DNA of 64,000 nt from an uncultured archaeon (GTDB lineage Archaea > Asgardarchaeota > Hermodarchaeia > Hermodarchaeales > Hermodarchaeaceae): contig CAYFXC010000010.1 of NCBI GenBank assembly GCA_964347045.1, forward strand, positions 21,988 through 85,987. The letters run 5' to 3'. Position 1 is the stretch's first letter; the number at the start of each line of letters is the position of its first letter. The notes under the pieces were generated by a model. The model saw only the letters and a list, made by a program, of their open reading frames with translations. It was not told the DNA's origin and ran no database searches. This document shows, piece after piece, positions 47,593 through 57,107 of this stretch. Made by a program: the position numbers and the translations under genes.

Positions 47593-49373
47593 TCTTTAAT
47601 GAGCTGTTCGAGTTGTGTAATGAACGCTTCTGCTTGTTTCATCCCAAGAGCCCAGAAATCCTCTTTTGAAATATCAAAATCTAGTTCAGCCGCAAGTTTC
47701 CGTGGCGAACTTGTGCTACCAGCAGAAAGTATTCGTTTGAGTTTTGGTACAAAGTCTTTGCCCTGTTCTTTGTAGAGCCGGTAAAGAGCAAACACAAAGA
47801 GATTAGCAAAGACATAGGGATAATTGTATAACCGGAATCTTGGGATGTAATAATGCCCTTTGAAAGTCCACTCCCATTTGCTTTCCGGTAGCCATTCGAC
47901 CGCGTTTCCGAACATCCTGTCACGCCCCTTAACCCAATATTTCGAAATGGTTTCGCCATCGAGATATTCACCTCTTTCAAAAGCAGCATACATATCTATT
48001 TCAAAGAAATAACGGGCTGAAACTTGGAAAACCGTTTGTCCAAATTCATCAAGCACACGAACGAGGACTTCGATTTTCTCATCGTTAGTCTTTGCTTCCT
48101 CAATAAGCTTGTCCGATAATAGAAGTTCCCCAAAGATACTGCCTACTTCAGCAATACACATTCCAATATCTGTGTTAATAGGTTTCAGCCCAGACATTAG
48201 ATAATCATGAACTGCATGACCGTTTTCATGAACCAGAGTAAAAACTTCACTAAGTTTGCCATTATAACTCAATAAAATGAAAGCTGATTTGCCCGCGAGC
48301 CAAGGCGAGCAGAATGCTCCTTGTCGTTTTCCTTCACGAATCGCTCCATCAATCCTATTTTTATCAAACATATCTCTTACAACCTGAGCAAGCTCGGGAT
48401 CAAACCCCTCGTAAGTGTCAACAGATATTTGTTGGGCTTTTTTCCAATCAAAACTACGTTCTGGCATATTAGCTAGTGGGGTAACCACATCCCATTCTCC
48501 TAGTTTGGGTAAGTTCATGAGCTTTGCTTTTAGATGAAGATAACGCTGAAAGAGTGTTGAGTGATTATCAACTGTTTTCATTAACGCGTCAATCGTTTCA
48601 GAGTCAACATCGTTATCAATAAGACTCTGAGTTCGTGGGGATGGCCATTTTCGTTTCTTACTCATTTCTACATGATCGCCAATAAGAGCCCGTGCACCGC
48701 TCGCCCAGATGATTTCGTCTTTTCCAAGACCTGTCCAAATAATACTCTTTGCAGCTTTGCGAACATCTCGATCAGAGTCTTCGAAGAGAGCATGGATTTG
48801 CGTAAACGGCATCTGTTTCATTTCGCCATCGATTTCGATTTCAAACATCCGCGTTGAAAGCCAGTCCCCACGAAGTTGTTGCCACGAATCAATGCCAAAT
48901 TGATCTTTTTGAATAATAAGTTGTTCTTCCATTTCACTCAAAACATGTGGTACTTTGCGTTGGGCGATTTCAAGAACATGTTTGTATTCAGCAAGAACAG
49001 GATTATCAATAAGCTCCGGTCGGGCTGCAATCGCTTGTATAAGTTCAATCTCTGTGAAGGCAAGGAGTTGACCAATCTTTGAGTTCATCCTGCGTGCTAA
49101 ATCTGCAGCTTGTTTGGCAGCATCATCAAGAGAATTTGCAGCATAGCTAAGATATGAGTATTTGAAAGCGCCTTCGCGTTTTAGATAGTTATCTTGGGTT
49201 TTTTCAAGAAATGCTTTCAATTCTGTGGGATTAAGTTTGCGAATTTTTCCTTTGTATTCAATTGCCAGTTCTTCTGCGTCCTTGACAGCCTGATCCATCT
49301 GTATTTTGAGTTTGTCAAGCTTCGTTGAGGGAACCAATGGACTTAGGTCCCACACTGCACCTTTTACGGTCAT
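47589..49373 (-). CDS. pepF: oligoendopeptidase F (M3B family)
   Basis: It has the zinc site 'TLVHENGHAVHDY' with a downstream Glu. 594 aa. Confidence 0.9.
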   Translation of the reverse strand: MTVKGAVWDLSPLVPSTKLDKLKIQMDQAVKDAEELAIEYKGKIRKLNPTELKAFLEKTQDNYLKREGAFKYSYLSYAANSLDDAAKQAADLARRMNSKIGQLLAFTEIELIQAIAARPELIDNPVLAEYKHVLEIAQRKVPHVLSEMEEQLIIQKDQFGIDSWQQLRGDWLSTRMFEIEIDGEMKQMPFTQIHALFEDSDRDVRKAAKSIIWTGLGKDEIIWASGARALIGDHVEMSKKRKWPSPRTQSLIDNDVDSETIDALMKTVDNHSTLFQRYLHLKAKLMNLPKLGEWDVVTPLANMPERSFDWKKAQQISVDTYEGFDPELAQVVRDMFDKNRIDGAIREGKRQGAFCSPWLAGKSAFILLSYNGKLSEVFTLVHENGHAVHDYLMSGLKPINTDIGMCIAEVGSIFGELLLSDKLIEEAKTNDEKIEVLVRVLDEFGQTVFQVSARYFFEIDMYAAFERGEYLDGETISKYWVKGRDRMFGNAVEWLPESKWEWTFKGHYYIPRFRLYNYPYVFANLFVFALYRLYKEQGKDFVPKLKRILSAGSTSSPRKLAAELDFDISKEDFWALGMKQAEAFITQLEQLIKD

Positions 49374-49471
49374 AATAAAACGCTCACTCGTGAAATGTGC
49401 TTCAAGGTTAAAAGTTACATGGATTAGTTATCTTCTGTCAAAAGCATAATGAGAAATGGCTAGCAGGTATA

Positions 49472-51004
49472 TTAGGTATTTAGTTGGTAACACATACCAC
49501 TAAACTGATCAAAAATGTCACGAAATGCTTTGTAGAGTTTATTATAAGTAACCACTCGTTCGGAGTCAGGGAACACTTCACGGTCATAGGAAAAAAGACG
49601 TTCAAGCTCATCAAAGGATTTGAATTCACCCAGCGCAACAGCAGCGACTAGAGCAACTCCCACGGTACCGGCATCTTGCAGGGTTGTCACTCGTTTCAAT
49701 GGAACATTGAGCACATCCGCGAAAATCTGTATCCACAAATCACTCCTAGCTCCACCGCCGCAGATATTTAGTTTTTTGACAGTATGACCCATGCCTTCGA
49801 GCACTTCTTTGACCCAGCGGGTGTTATATGCCACGCCTTCAAGCACAGCGCGGACCATATGGGTGCGGTTATGGTCCAAGCTGAGATTCAAAAAAGCACT
49901 TCGGATAAAAGGATTGATGAATGGACATCGCTCGCCAATGGGCCAAGGGAGATACAAGAGATTCCGACTTCCAGGTGGAACCTTTTTGGCCTGCTCAGTA
50001 ACGAGATCATAAACATCAATATTCGAAGCTGACGCTTCTTTGATTTCAGCTGTGCATACATTATCAACTAGCCAAGACAAACATGACCCTGCGCTTTCCA
50101 TGTGTCCAGTTAACAAGAGACGCCCTGGAATTGCACTTTCAACGGTTCCAGCCCCTGCCAAATCAAATTGTGGTTCATCTTGATGTTGAGCGATCCAACC
50201 CGAGGATCCGACATACAAATGTTTTTTCATAGGTCTGATTGCACCCGACCCAATAGGAACTGCCACCATATCTCCGCATCCGCAAACAACATGGGTTTCC
50301 GGAGACAAACCTAATTGCTTTGCTGCCTTAGAAGATAGGGTGCCCAATATATCCGTTGTTTTCTTAATTATTGAGAAGTGATCCAAAGAAAGTCCCAAAC
50401 CTTCTTCAACAATTTCCGGTTCCGGTGTATGTGTGTCGACGCGAAAATAATTCCACAAACATGCATGACTCCAATCAGTGTAAAAGTCATCTAGCCCACA
50501 CTGATAGAGAATCCAGTCTTTGACATCCACAAACTTGAATGCCTTCTTGAAAATTTGGGGTTCTTCATTTTTCACCCATAAAATTTTTGGCAAAGGATCC
50601 TTTGCAGATGCCACAGGAATGATGTTTTTCGCCAGCATATCCGGAATGGTAAACTGGTTCATAAGCGGAGTCACGTAGTCGACTGACCGAACATCAAGCC
50701 ATAAAATAGTTTTGCGAAGGGGACGCCCTTTACTATCCACTGGAATCACTGATGCCATCATCGCATCAACCGTAAATGCAATAATTGATTGAGGGTCAAT
50801 CTTGGTTTGTTTAATTATTTCACGGGTCGTCGTAGTGATGGCATCCCAATAGACTTGGGGATCCTGCTCGGCCCATCGCTCTTGGGGGTACTCGACCTGA
50901 TAGGCTTGTTGGACTGTACCTTGCACACAGCCTTGCATGTCGATAATGCTTGATTTGGTGGCACTAGTCCCTAAATCACAGGCGAGAATATATCTATTAG
51001 ACAT
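49472..51004 (-). CDS. FGGY-family carbohydrate kinase (xylulokinase/glycerol-kinase-like)
   Basis: 'ILACDLGTSATK', 'GCGDMVAVPIGSGA' and 'LNICGGGARSDLWIQIFADV' are present. Confidence 0.88.
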   Translation of the reverse strand: MSNRYILACDLGTSATKSSIIDMQGCVQGTVQQAYQVEYPQERWAEQDPQVYWDAITTTTREIIKQTKIDPQSIIAFTVDAMMASVIPVDSKGRPLRKTILWLDVRSVDYVTPLMNQFTIPDMLAKNIIPVASAKDPLPKILWVKNEEPQIFKKAFKFVDVKDWILYQCGLDDFYTDWSHACLWNYFRVDTHTPEPEIVEEGLGLSLDHFSIIKKTTDILGTLSSKAAKQLGLSPETHVVCGCGDMVAVPIGSGAIRPMKKHLYVGSSGWIAQHQDEPQFDLAGAGTVESAIPGRLLLTGHMESAGSCLSWLVDNVCTAEIKEASASNIDVYDLVTEQAKKVPPGSRNLLYLPWPIGERCPFINPFIRSAFLNLSLDHNRTHMVRAVLEGVAYNTRWVKEVLEGMGHTVKKLNICGGGARSDLWIQIFADVLNVPLKRVTTLQDAGTVGVALVAAVALGEFKSFDELERLFSYDREVFPDSERVVTYNKLYKAFRDIFDQFSGMCYQLNT

Positions 51005-51125
51005 GTAAAAGCCTCCCGCCGTATTATGGGAGTGAACTGGAATAAAGGCTTATTCACTTTGAGTCTATGGACACCAATGAAATCATGTTAGATAAAATGA
51101 ACGCAAACCCAGTCGCTATCTGATT

Positions 51126-52223
51126 TTACGAATTGAGCGCTTCCTTAATGGTATTCACACAAGCTTTGTTTTGCTCTTGAGTTCCAACTGTTATTCGAAT
51201 GAACTGACCATCTAAGCCAGCTTTTCCTGTATAATCGCGAACAATGATCCCTTCTTGAAGTAAATTCTGTGCTATTGTGTTTGAATCGGCGTTGGAAGCT
51301 GTAAATTGCGTAAGTACAAAATTGGTTTTCGAAGGAAAAGCTCTAACACCTGATAGTTGATTAAGAGCTTTTTCAAGATATTCACGACCAGTTTTGATTT
51401 CACGCTTTACAAAACCAAGATATTCTGAATCACCGAGAGCTGCCACAGCCGCAGCGGCAGTAATGCGATTGATAGGAAAATGGTACAAGACCTTTGAAAG
51501 GTATTCAGCAAGTTCAGGATTTGTGAGAGCGTATCCCAAGCGAAGCCCTGCAAATCCAAAGGCTTTCGCCATAGTACGAGTAATAATGAGATTGGAATGT
51601 TTATCGATGAAGTGAGCCAGGGTCGTGTCTGTGAAATCAAAGTATGCTTCGTCGACAATAATTAGCAGATCCAATTCAAGGAGGCGGCGAAATTCCATTT
51701 CAGGGATACAATTTCCCACTGGGTTATTTGGGCTTATTAGAATGACTTCTTTGGTGGCAGGAGTGATAGCCTCAATGACATGGTCAAGAGTCCATGAGTA
51801 ATTGGGTGGGGGTCGTGGTACAGATAGATCAGTGCCACCAAAGATGGCGAGGCGGAGACGATAAGGACCATAATCTGGTGGGACAAAGAGTACAACATCA
51901 CCGGGATTTAAGAATCCATAATAGAAGGCATCAATGAAGTGAGTTGATCCGTTCCCAACTACAATTTGTGTGTCAGGAAACCCAGTATAAGCTGAGAGCG
52001 CTTGTTTGAGCTCATAATAAGAAGAGTCTGGGTAGAGATGCGCTTTATCTAGCTCATCAATGGCGGCCTGTCGAGCTTTGGGCGAAATACCAAATGGGAG
52101 TTCATTTCCCATAAGCCGAGCATAATCGTTTCGAATCTCGTAGAGTAAACGGAGCTGCGCTGTTGGATTGTACGCGACACCAGTTTGGACATGTGATTTT
52201 AAAAGATGTGAAATGTCACCCAT
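51126..52223 (-). CDS. hisC: histidinol-phosphate aminotransferase (class I/II aminotransferase)
   Basis: It has 'LISPNNPVGN', 'IVDEAYFDF' and the PLP-lysine block 'RTMAKAFGFAGLRLGY'. Confidence 0.85.
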   Translation of the reverse strand: MGDISHLLKSHVQTGVAYNPTAQLRLLYEIRNDYARLMGNELPFGISPKARQAAIDELDKAHLYPDSSYYELKQALSAYTGFPDTQIVVGNGSTHFIDAFYYGFLNPGDVVLFVPPDYGPYRLRLAIFGGTDLSVPRPPPNYSWTLDHVIEAITPATKEVILISPNNPVGNCIPEMEFRRLLELDLLIIVDEAYFDFTDTTLAHFIDKHSNLIITRTMAKAFGFAGLRLGYALTNPELAEYLSKVLYHFPINRITAAAAVAALGDSEYLGFVKREIKTGREYLEKALNQLSGVRAFPSKTNFVLTQFTASNADSNTIAQNLLQEGIIVRDYTGKAGLDGQFIRITVGTQEQNKACVNTIKEALNS

Positions 52224-52375
52224 GATACTTTCCCACCCAAACCAATAAGGGGAATAGGCTTTCTTTACACGAGACGCTTAAAGCCAATGGTTGTACCGAA
52301 AACAGAGCAAATCTGATGGTAGGATTTTTACTTTATCCGGCTCGCTTTTAAACTGAATTCACTCTATTTTCCTTC

Positions 52376-53893
52376 ATGGCGGTTTATGACGAAATCATGG
52401 CAAAATATCGTGAGGCGGCGTTAATAGGGTCGATCATCTCCGTCATGGATTGGGATACAGAATGCTACATACCACCTAAAGCGTATCCATTACGTGGAGA
52501 GCAGATGGGATTAATTCGCCAGATGCGCCAACGTATGCTATCTAGCCATGAATTAGGAACATTACTTGACAAGGTGGAATCAGAAACTGAATTTGCGAAA
52601 CTCGATGAGATACAAAAGCGAAATACCTACCTTGTGCGTCGGCAATATGATGTTATGGTAAAAATCCCTGAGGAACTTACTGTTGCATTATCAAAACAAG
52701 CTACAAAAACCATGAATATCTGGAAGCAAGCAAAAGCCAAAAACGATTGGAAACGTTTCCAACCTGAATTGACAGAACTTTTCAAGCTTCTTGAAAAACG
52801 AGGAGAAATCCTCATGGAAGTGCGTCAGACCCCAACAGTATATGATGCCCTAATTGATCTCTATGAGCCCAAAATGACACAAGATACAATATCTAAAGTC
52901 TTCAAAGAGCTGCGAAGAGATCTTATTCCACTTGTCGACAAATACACGGTATTCGTAAAGGAAATGGACTTTTCATTCATGAATCGAAAAGTGTCACTGG
53001 ATGCTCAACGAAAAATCTCCACAGCACTCTGCGATTTTATTCAGTATGATACTACCTCGAATCAGGCAGGTGGGCGAGTCGATGAAACCGAACATCCCTT
53101 TACTTCAGGTTATTACGACGATGTTCGAATAACCACACACTATTATGAGAATAACTTCGCAGCTTCATTCTACTCAGTATTACACGAAGGTGGTCACGCT
53201 ATATATGAACAGAACTACCCACCCGATGGGAAATTCCAACCCTGGGGTGATGCACCTAGTTATGGTATTCACGAATCGCAGTCACGGTTTGTAGAAAATA
53301 TGTTGGGGCGATCCAAAGAATTCATCACCTTTTTCCTTCCAACACTTAACAAACTCACAAAGAACACCTTCAAAGACATTAATGTTGAGCAGATGACAAA
53401 AGCAGTGAACAAAGTGGAGCGCTCAAAAATTCGAATTGAAGCTGACGAAGTCACCTATTCTCTACATGTTATTATCCGCTTTGAAATAGAACGTGATTTA
53501 TTCGTGAATAAAGTCAAAATTTCAGAGTTGCCTAGTGTATGGAATGAGAAATACGACCAATACCTTGGAGTAGAAATTGAAACTGACTCAGAAGGCGTCA
53601 TGCAGGACACTCATTGGGCGTTAGGATATCATGGATATTTTCCCTGCTATGCCCTAGGGAATATCTATGGAGGTCAATTCCTCGCAGCGATGGAAAAGAA
53701 AATTCCCACCTGGTTAGATCTAGTGGCGTCCGGCAAATTCGGAGCCATCAAACAATGGCTAGTTGACAATGTACACCTCAAAGGGGATTTGTACGATCCT
53801 GAAGTTTTGCTCCACAAAATCACTGGTGAAGCATTAAATCCGAAACCCTTCGTTTATTACCTGACAGCCAAATACAAAAGTATCTTTGGCTAG
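52376..53893 (+). CDS. M32 carboxypeptidase (Taq-type)
   Basis: 'HPFTSG', the zinc site 'HEGGHAIYE' and 'IHESQSRFVEN' are present. 505 aa. Confidence 0.93.
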   Translation: MAVYDEIMAKYREAALIGSIISVMDWDTECYIPPKAYPLRGEQMGLIRQMRQRMLSSHELGTLLDKVESETEFAKLDEIQKRNTYLVRRQYDVMVKIPEELTVALSKQATKTMNIWKQAKAKNDWKRFQPELTELFKLLEKRGEILMEVRQTPTVYDALIDLYEPKMTQDTISKVFKELRRDLIPLVDKYTVFVKEMDFSFMNRKVSLDAQRKISTALCDFIQYDTTSNQAGGRVDETEHPFTSGYYDDVRITTHYYENNFAASFYSVLHEGGHAIYEQNYPPDGKFQPWGDAPSYGIHESQSRFVENMLGRSKEFITFFLPTLNKLTKNTFKDINVEQMTKAVNKVERSKIRIEADEVTYSLHVIIRFEIERDLFVNKVKISELPSVWNEKYDQYLGVEIETDSEGVMQDTHWALGYHGYFPCYALGNIYGGQFLAAMEKKIPTWLDLVASGKFGAIKQWLVDNVHLKGDLYDPEVLLHKITGEALNPKPFVYYLTAKYKSIFG

Positions 53894-53961
53894 AAGCATG
53901 ATTGGATTTGAAAAAGTAATGATAGAATTTGCGCACACATTAGAGAAAAGGAAAAGGGACC

Positions 53962-54000
53962 CGTGCCCAGTTGCTCGAGCCCCCATTTGTTATGGGCACG
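53962..54000 (+). terminator. hairpin CGTGCCCA-N23-TGGGCACG followed by a T-rich tract, downstream of the M32 gene
   Basis: It has an 8-bp perfect GC-rich stem, which is unusual in this AT-rich context. 'TTCAAGTTTCTT' follows it. Confidence 0.4.
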
Positions 54001-54190
54001 TTCAAGTTTCTTAGTGAGCGTCTTTAGTTGCGACAAGCAAACCAATAGATGTACTTGACGCGATCTGCTTGCATTTGAGTCTTGTTCGCGCCATGAGGAT
54101 AATTATATTTGTGCATTTTGTGTGTCACCGATGAAAGCCTAGCCCAACGTCTTATTTAAGGCGGACTCACCTTTTGGGCTCACTTTGAGA

Positions 54191-54206
54191 GGTCGCATAA
54201 TGTTAC
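54191..54206. repeat. copy A of the GGTCRCATWATGTWAC near-palindromic motif
   Basis: 'ggtcgcataatgttac' is 13/16 identical to the copy at 55391-55406. An extra TCACAT half-site lies at 54212-54217. Confidence 0.5.
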
Positions 54207-54340
54207 TTTACTCACATTTTGCTAATTCTGATAAATCCAGAGAATGATTCATATTGTGAGGTTCTTTCATACACTCCTCGTTACTATTGGAGCGAATTGA
54301 TGTCTTAGAAATTCATGAGACTTCTAAAGGAGGTCAACAA

Positions 54341-54733
54341 TTGAAAAAGAAAGGTGATCTTTCACCAGAGCCAAAAAACGTTGATTCTTACATTGCCAAT
54401 TCAGGCAGCGAAGCCCGCCCAATACTTGAAGAACTCCGGAAAATAATAAAATCCACTATTCCAAAAGCAGAAGAAGGAATAAGCTACAACGTGCCAATCT
54501 ACAACTATCACGGTATTCTTGCAGGATTTGCCGTATACAAGAACCACGTTAGCTTTGGCTTTGGAGCGGACGTGCTTCAAAATAGAGATCGCAAAATGCT
54601 TGAAGAAAAAGGTTACAAAACCGGAAAAGGAACCATGCAAATCAAGTTCGACCAAGAAGTGCCGACCACAGCGATAAAGCAAATTCTAAAAGCAAAAGCA
54701 AAAATGAATGAAGCCAAAAGAGCGATAAAATAA
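54341..54733 (+). CDS. DUF1801 (YdhG-like) domain protein
   Basis: The motif is 'VDSYIANSGSEARPILEELRKIIKSTIPKAEEGISYNVPIYNYHGILAGFAVYKNHVSFGF'. The start is taken as TTG 54341, 6 nt after the SD AAAGGAGGT. Confidence 0.75.
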   Translation: MKKKGDLSPEPKNVDSYIANSGSEARPILEELRKIIKSTIPKAEEGISYNVPIYNYHGILAGFAVYKNHVSFGFGADVLQNRDRKMLEEKGYKTGKGTMQIKFDQEVPTTAIKQILKAKAKMNEAKRAIK

Positions 54734-54884
54734 GCTTTAAATCAAGATTAATAATTCTCGATGCATACAGACGCATTAAAGAATCGCTCAATACTGAGCT
54801 GTTTCGGATTTTTTAGTTGCCCTCTTCAACAGAGCATATCATTTTTAATATGTGGCACTAAATTTTCATTAGGAGGTTTGATGA

Positions 54885-55301
54885 ATGGAAAGGGGTCAGG
54901 TTGCTCAAAATTTAATAATAGTTGGCATTATCCTAAGCGCCTTGTCCATGGCATACGGCGCTTTTGGCGCAGGAATTTTCACTCGTTCTCTCTTTGAAGG
55001 TTCTCCATTTCTAGGTTTTGTGAATATAGGCGTGTTCCTCGCCTTCATACATGGTTATATGGTATTAGCTAGTTTCATATTAGGAGTACTTTTACCCATT
55101 AGTTTCTTGAAATCAATTACCTTAAAACAGATGAAATTCGCCACAACTCTTTTGCTGGTTTGTGCAATTACGATATTCGTTCATTTTGGGTTGGTTTCTT
55201 TTGCATCCTTTTTCATAATTGGCGACCAGAGTAATCTTATCTACTTAGGTGTATTAATTGGAGCAATTCTTTACATCTTCGCTGGATTCTTGAATGTATA
55301 G
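54885..55301 (+). CDS. membrane protein (4 TM helices), function unknown
   Basis: 138 aa with four hydrophobic helices. The SD-like 'TTAGGAGG' lies upstream. Confidence 0.6.
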   Translation: MERGQVAQNLIIVGIILSALSMAYGAFGAGIFTRSLFEGSPFLGFVNIGVFLAFIHGYMVLASFILGVLLPISFLKSITLKQMKFATTLLLVCAITIFVHFGLVSFASFFIIGDQSNLIYLGVLIGAILYIFAGFLNV

Positions 55302-55360
55302 GAGGAGTTCAAAAAATCTGAGCACTACCATGAATACTGTTTCAATCTAAACACCAGAAA

Positions 55361-55406
55361 TCACATAATGTGAGTAAATGTAGATGTTGAGGTCACATTA
55401 TGTAAC
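55361..55406. repeat. two copies of the TCACAT-N-ATGTGA-type palindrome, 32 bp centre-to-centre
   Basis: 'tcacataatgtga' (55361-55373) is a perfect 6+1+6 palindrome. 'ggtcacattatgtaac' is at 55391-55406. The 11-nt arms ACATAATGTGA and TCACATTATGT are mutually complementary. Confidence 0.6.
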
Positions 55407-55531
55407 TATACTGCTATGTCGCTAACAGACCAAAAATCATTAACAAAAAAGAGTTCTTTGTAACGAGTATCTAGTTGATTTCATTTAGAAAAATTCAAAA
55501 TATCCGCCTATCCTGAATTTAGCCAGAACAC

Positions 55532-55690
55532 TTACTCTTTTCGTCCTTTTGCAATTGAGATTAACCCCAAAATTGCGAAAACTGTACCACCAGAATATCC
55601 TCCAAGGGGATTTATAATTGGCATGAAAATGAAGAATATTGCTGCCAAAATCACGAGTATTATTCCAATCAATACCTTTCCTTTGTTCAT
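55532..55690 (-). CDS. possible 52-aa two-TM small membrane protein (unannotated)
   Basis: I translated it by hand: MNKGKVLIGIILVILAAIFFIFMPIINPLGGYSGGTVFAILGLISIAKGRKE. It falls below the ORF-track cutoff. Confidence 0.4.
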   Translation of the reverse strand: MNKGKVLIGIILVILAAIFFIFMPIINPLGGYSGGTVFAILGLISIAKGRKE

Positions 55691-55867
55691 TCAGTCACAC
55701 CCAATTTACTATTTATGGTAAGGTTTGTTTGGAGTCCATTAAATTCCTTATAATGTTTTTTATTTTCCAAGCTATCAAAATGTAGGGGATTAGCTCGAGT
55801 CAGGTTCACTCGGTTCCCTACGAATTTAAAAAAACAAGCTAGGCTATATTATGCTTGTTGTGATTTT

Positions 55868-56347
55868 ATGACGGGCAAAGAAGATGAGTTTGAAGAGATT
55901 TTAACGCAGGCATATAAACGCATGCACCGATATAGTTGTGCAGAAGCCTCATTACAAGCCCTGATGGCTCTGTGGAAACTACCAGAACAATATTCCTGGG
56001 CAACGGCAGGGTATTTAGGTGCCATAACTTCAGGTCAGACTTCGTGTGGTCTGCTTATCGGTAGCAGCATTGCAATTGGTTTTCGGAGTGGTCAAAAAGT
56101 AAAAGGCATTCCAGAGCTAAACGAGCGTGAACGAAGCAGAGCCATTCACGCGGTGAACGAACTCTATTCAGAGTTCTTAAAGAAATTTCAGAGTAGCGAC
56201 TGTAAGACTCTTAGTGAGGTAGATTTCGTCAAACCTGAAGAAATTGCTCAATGGACGATTAGTAAAGGCTGGAAGAAGACCTGTGACATTTATCTTCATT
56301 TTGTGATAAACAAATGTGCACAGATGGCTGAAATGGGAATATTATAA
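55868..56347 (+). CDS. C_GCAxxG_C_C-family putative redox-active protein
   Basis: The motif 'YSCAEASLQAL', 'GQTSCGLLIGSSIAIG' and the later Cys residues in 'SSDCKTL' and 'KKTCDIY' match the family's Cys pattern. The match is approximate (SCAEAS rather than GCAxxG). Confidence 0.55.
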   Translation: MTGKEDEFEEILTQAYKRMHRYSCAEASLQALMALWKLPEQYSWATAGYLGAITSGQTSCGLLIGSSIAIGFRSGQKVKGIPELNERERSRAIHAVNELYSEFLKKFQSSDCKTLSEVDFVKPEEIAQWTISKGWKKTCDIYLHFVINKCAQMAEMGIL

Positions 56348-56514
56348 TCTCCAACCAGAAAGTAATGATCTTCAAATTACAGACCTTGAATAAGTCTACA
56401 CACAGGGATCACCAAAAGTGACTAGATTAACAATTTGTAAAGGCGATTATTTTGTTTGCCTTTCATATGTCTGATTGGTCTAGTTGGCAGTTTCCGGAAT
56501 ACAAAAATTTATAA

Positions 56515-56539
56515 ATGTTTACTAATAATTAGTAAACAT
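56515..56539. promoter_or_regulatory. 25-bp perfect palindrome ATGTTTACTAAT-A-ATTAGTAAACAT abutting a TATA-like box; candidate operator
   Basis: It has 12-bp perfect arms. 'AAAAATTTATAAA' (about 56503-56515) lies immediately upstream. It sits 68 nt upstream of the HTH gene ATG at 56607. Confidence 0.55.
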
Positions 56540-56606
56540 GTGGCAAAATCCTGAACAACTGAACTAGCAGGAATTAGCCATAAAAAGAGAAAACGAGGAA
56601 AACGCA

Positions 56607-57107
56607 ATGGGACTTCTCTCCCCTGATGAAGAGATGGTTTGGCAACAATTCCAACAAGGACAATCAACCAGCGATATTGCCAGTACGAGCACAAAGGAGA
56701 GTTGGTCAGTTTCGTATGTATCTCGTGTGTTAAACCGTGCAAGAAAAAAGATTGCGAAAGTATTGCAAGAGCATGCTCGAAGTCATCGCTTAGATGTTGA
56801 GAGTTTGTTGGATTACAAGGGGCTTCTGATAGGGTTTGACTATCAAGCCAACACTCAAGTATACATTATCTTTACAATACCAATGGGCATTGTCGTCTGG
56901 TATAAACATGAATCTTACGCTGGTAAGCTATGCCCAGAGTGCCCAAAACAACAAGAGTGCCGGTATACACTTGATGCAGTTATCAATGAATATAACATTA
57001 CACTGCGACCAGATGAAAAGGAGCTCCCCATGACAAAGCAGTCCATTGCACTCTTCAATAAACTTGCTGCGAAAGAGATACCCCGGTATCAAAGGAGTGT
57101 GGAATAA
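56607..57107 (+). CDS. putative HTH DNA-binding protein (sigma-70 region-4 / Tfx-like N-terminus) with a Cys motif
   Basis: The N-terminus is 'LSPDEEMVWQQFQQGQSTSDIA...VSYVSRVLNRARKKIAKVLQE'. The motif 'CPECPKQQEC' occurs later. Confidence 0.45.
   Translation: MGLLSPDEEMVWQQFQQGQSTSDIASTSTKESWSVSYVSRVLNRARKKIAKVLQEHARSHRLDVESLLDYKGLLIGFDYQANTQVYIIFTIPMGIVVWYKHESYAGKLCPECPKQQECRYTLDAVINEYNITLRPDEKELPMTKQSIALFNKLAAKEIPRYQRSVE

Noticed and set aside
54024-54116. 30-aa minus-strand ORF (MHKYNYPHGANKTQMQADRVKYIYWFACRN) in the long intergenic region, considered as a possible peptide precursor
   Set aside because: It has no RBS, no adjacent modification or transport genes, and is very short. Nothing in the sequence distinguishes it from chance.
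56509-56742. 77-aa minus-strand ORF overlapping the palindrome and the HTH gene start
   Set aside because: It overlaps the promoter and the 5' end of a better-supported plus-strand gene, and its sequence is not protein-like.
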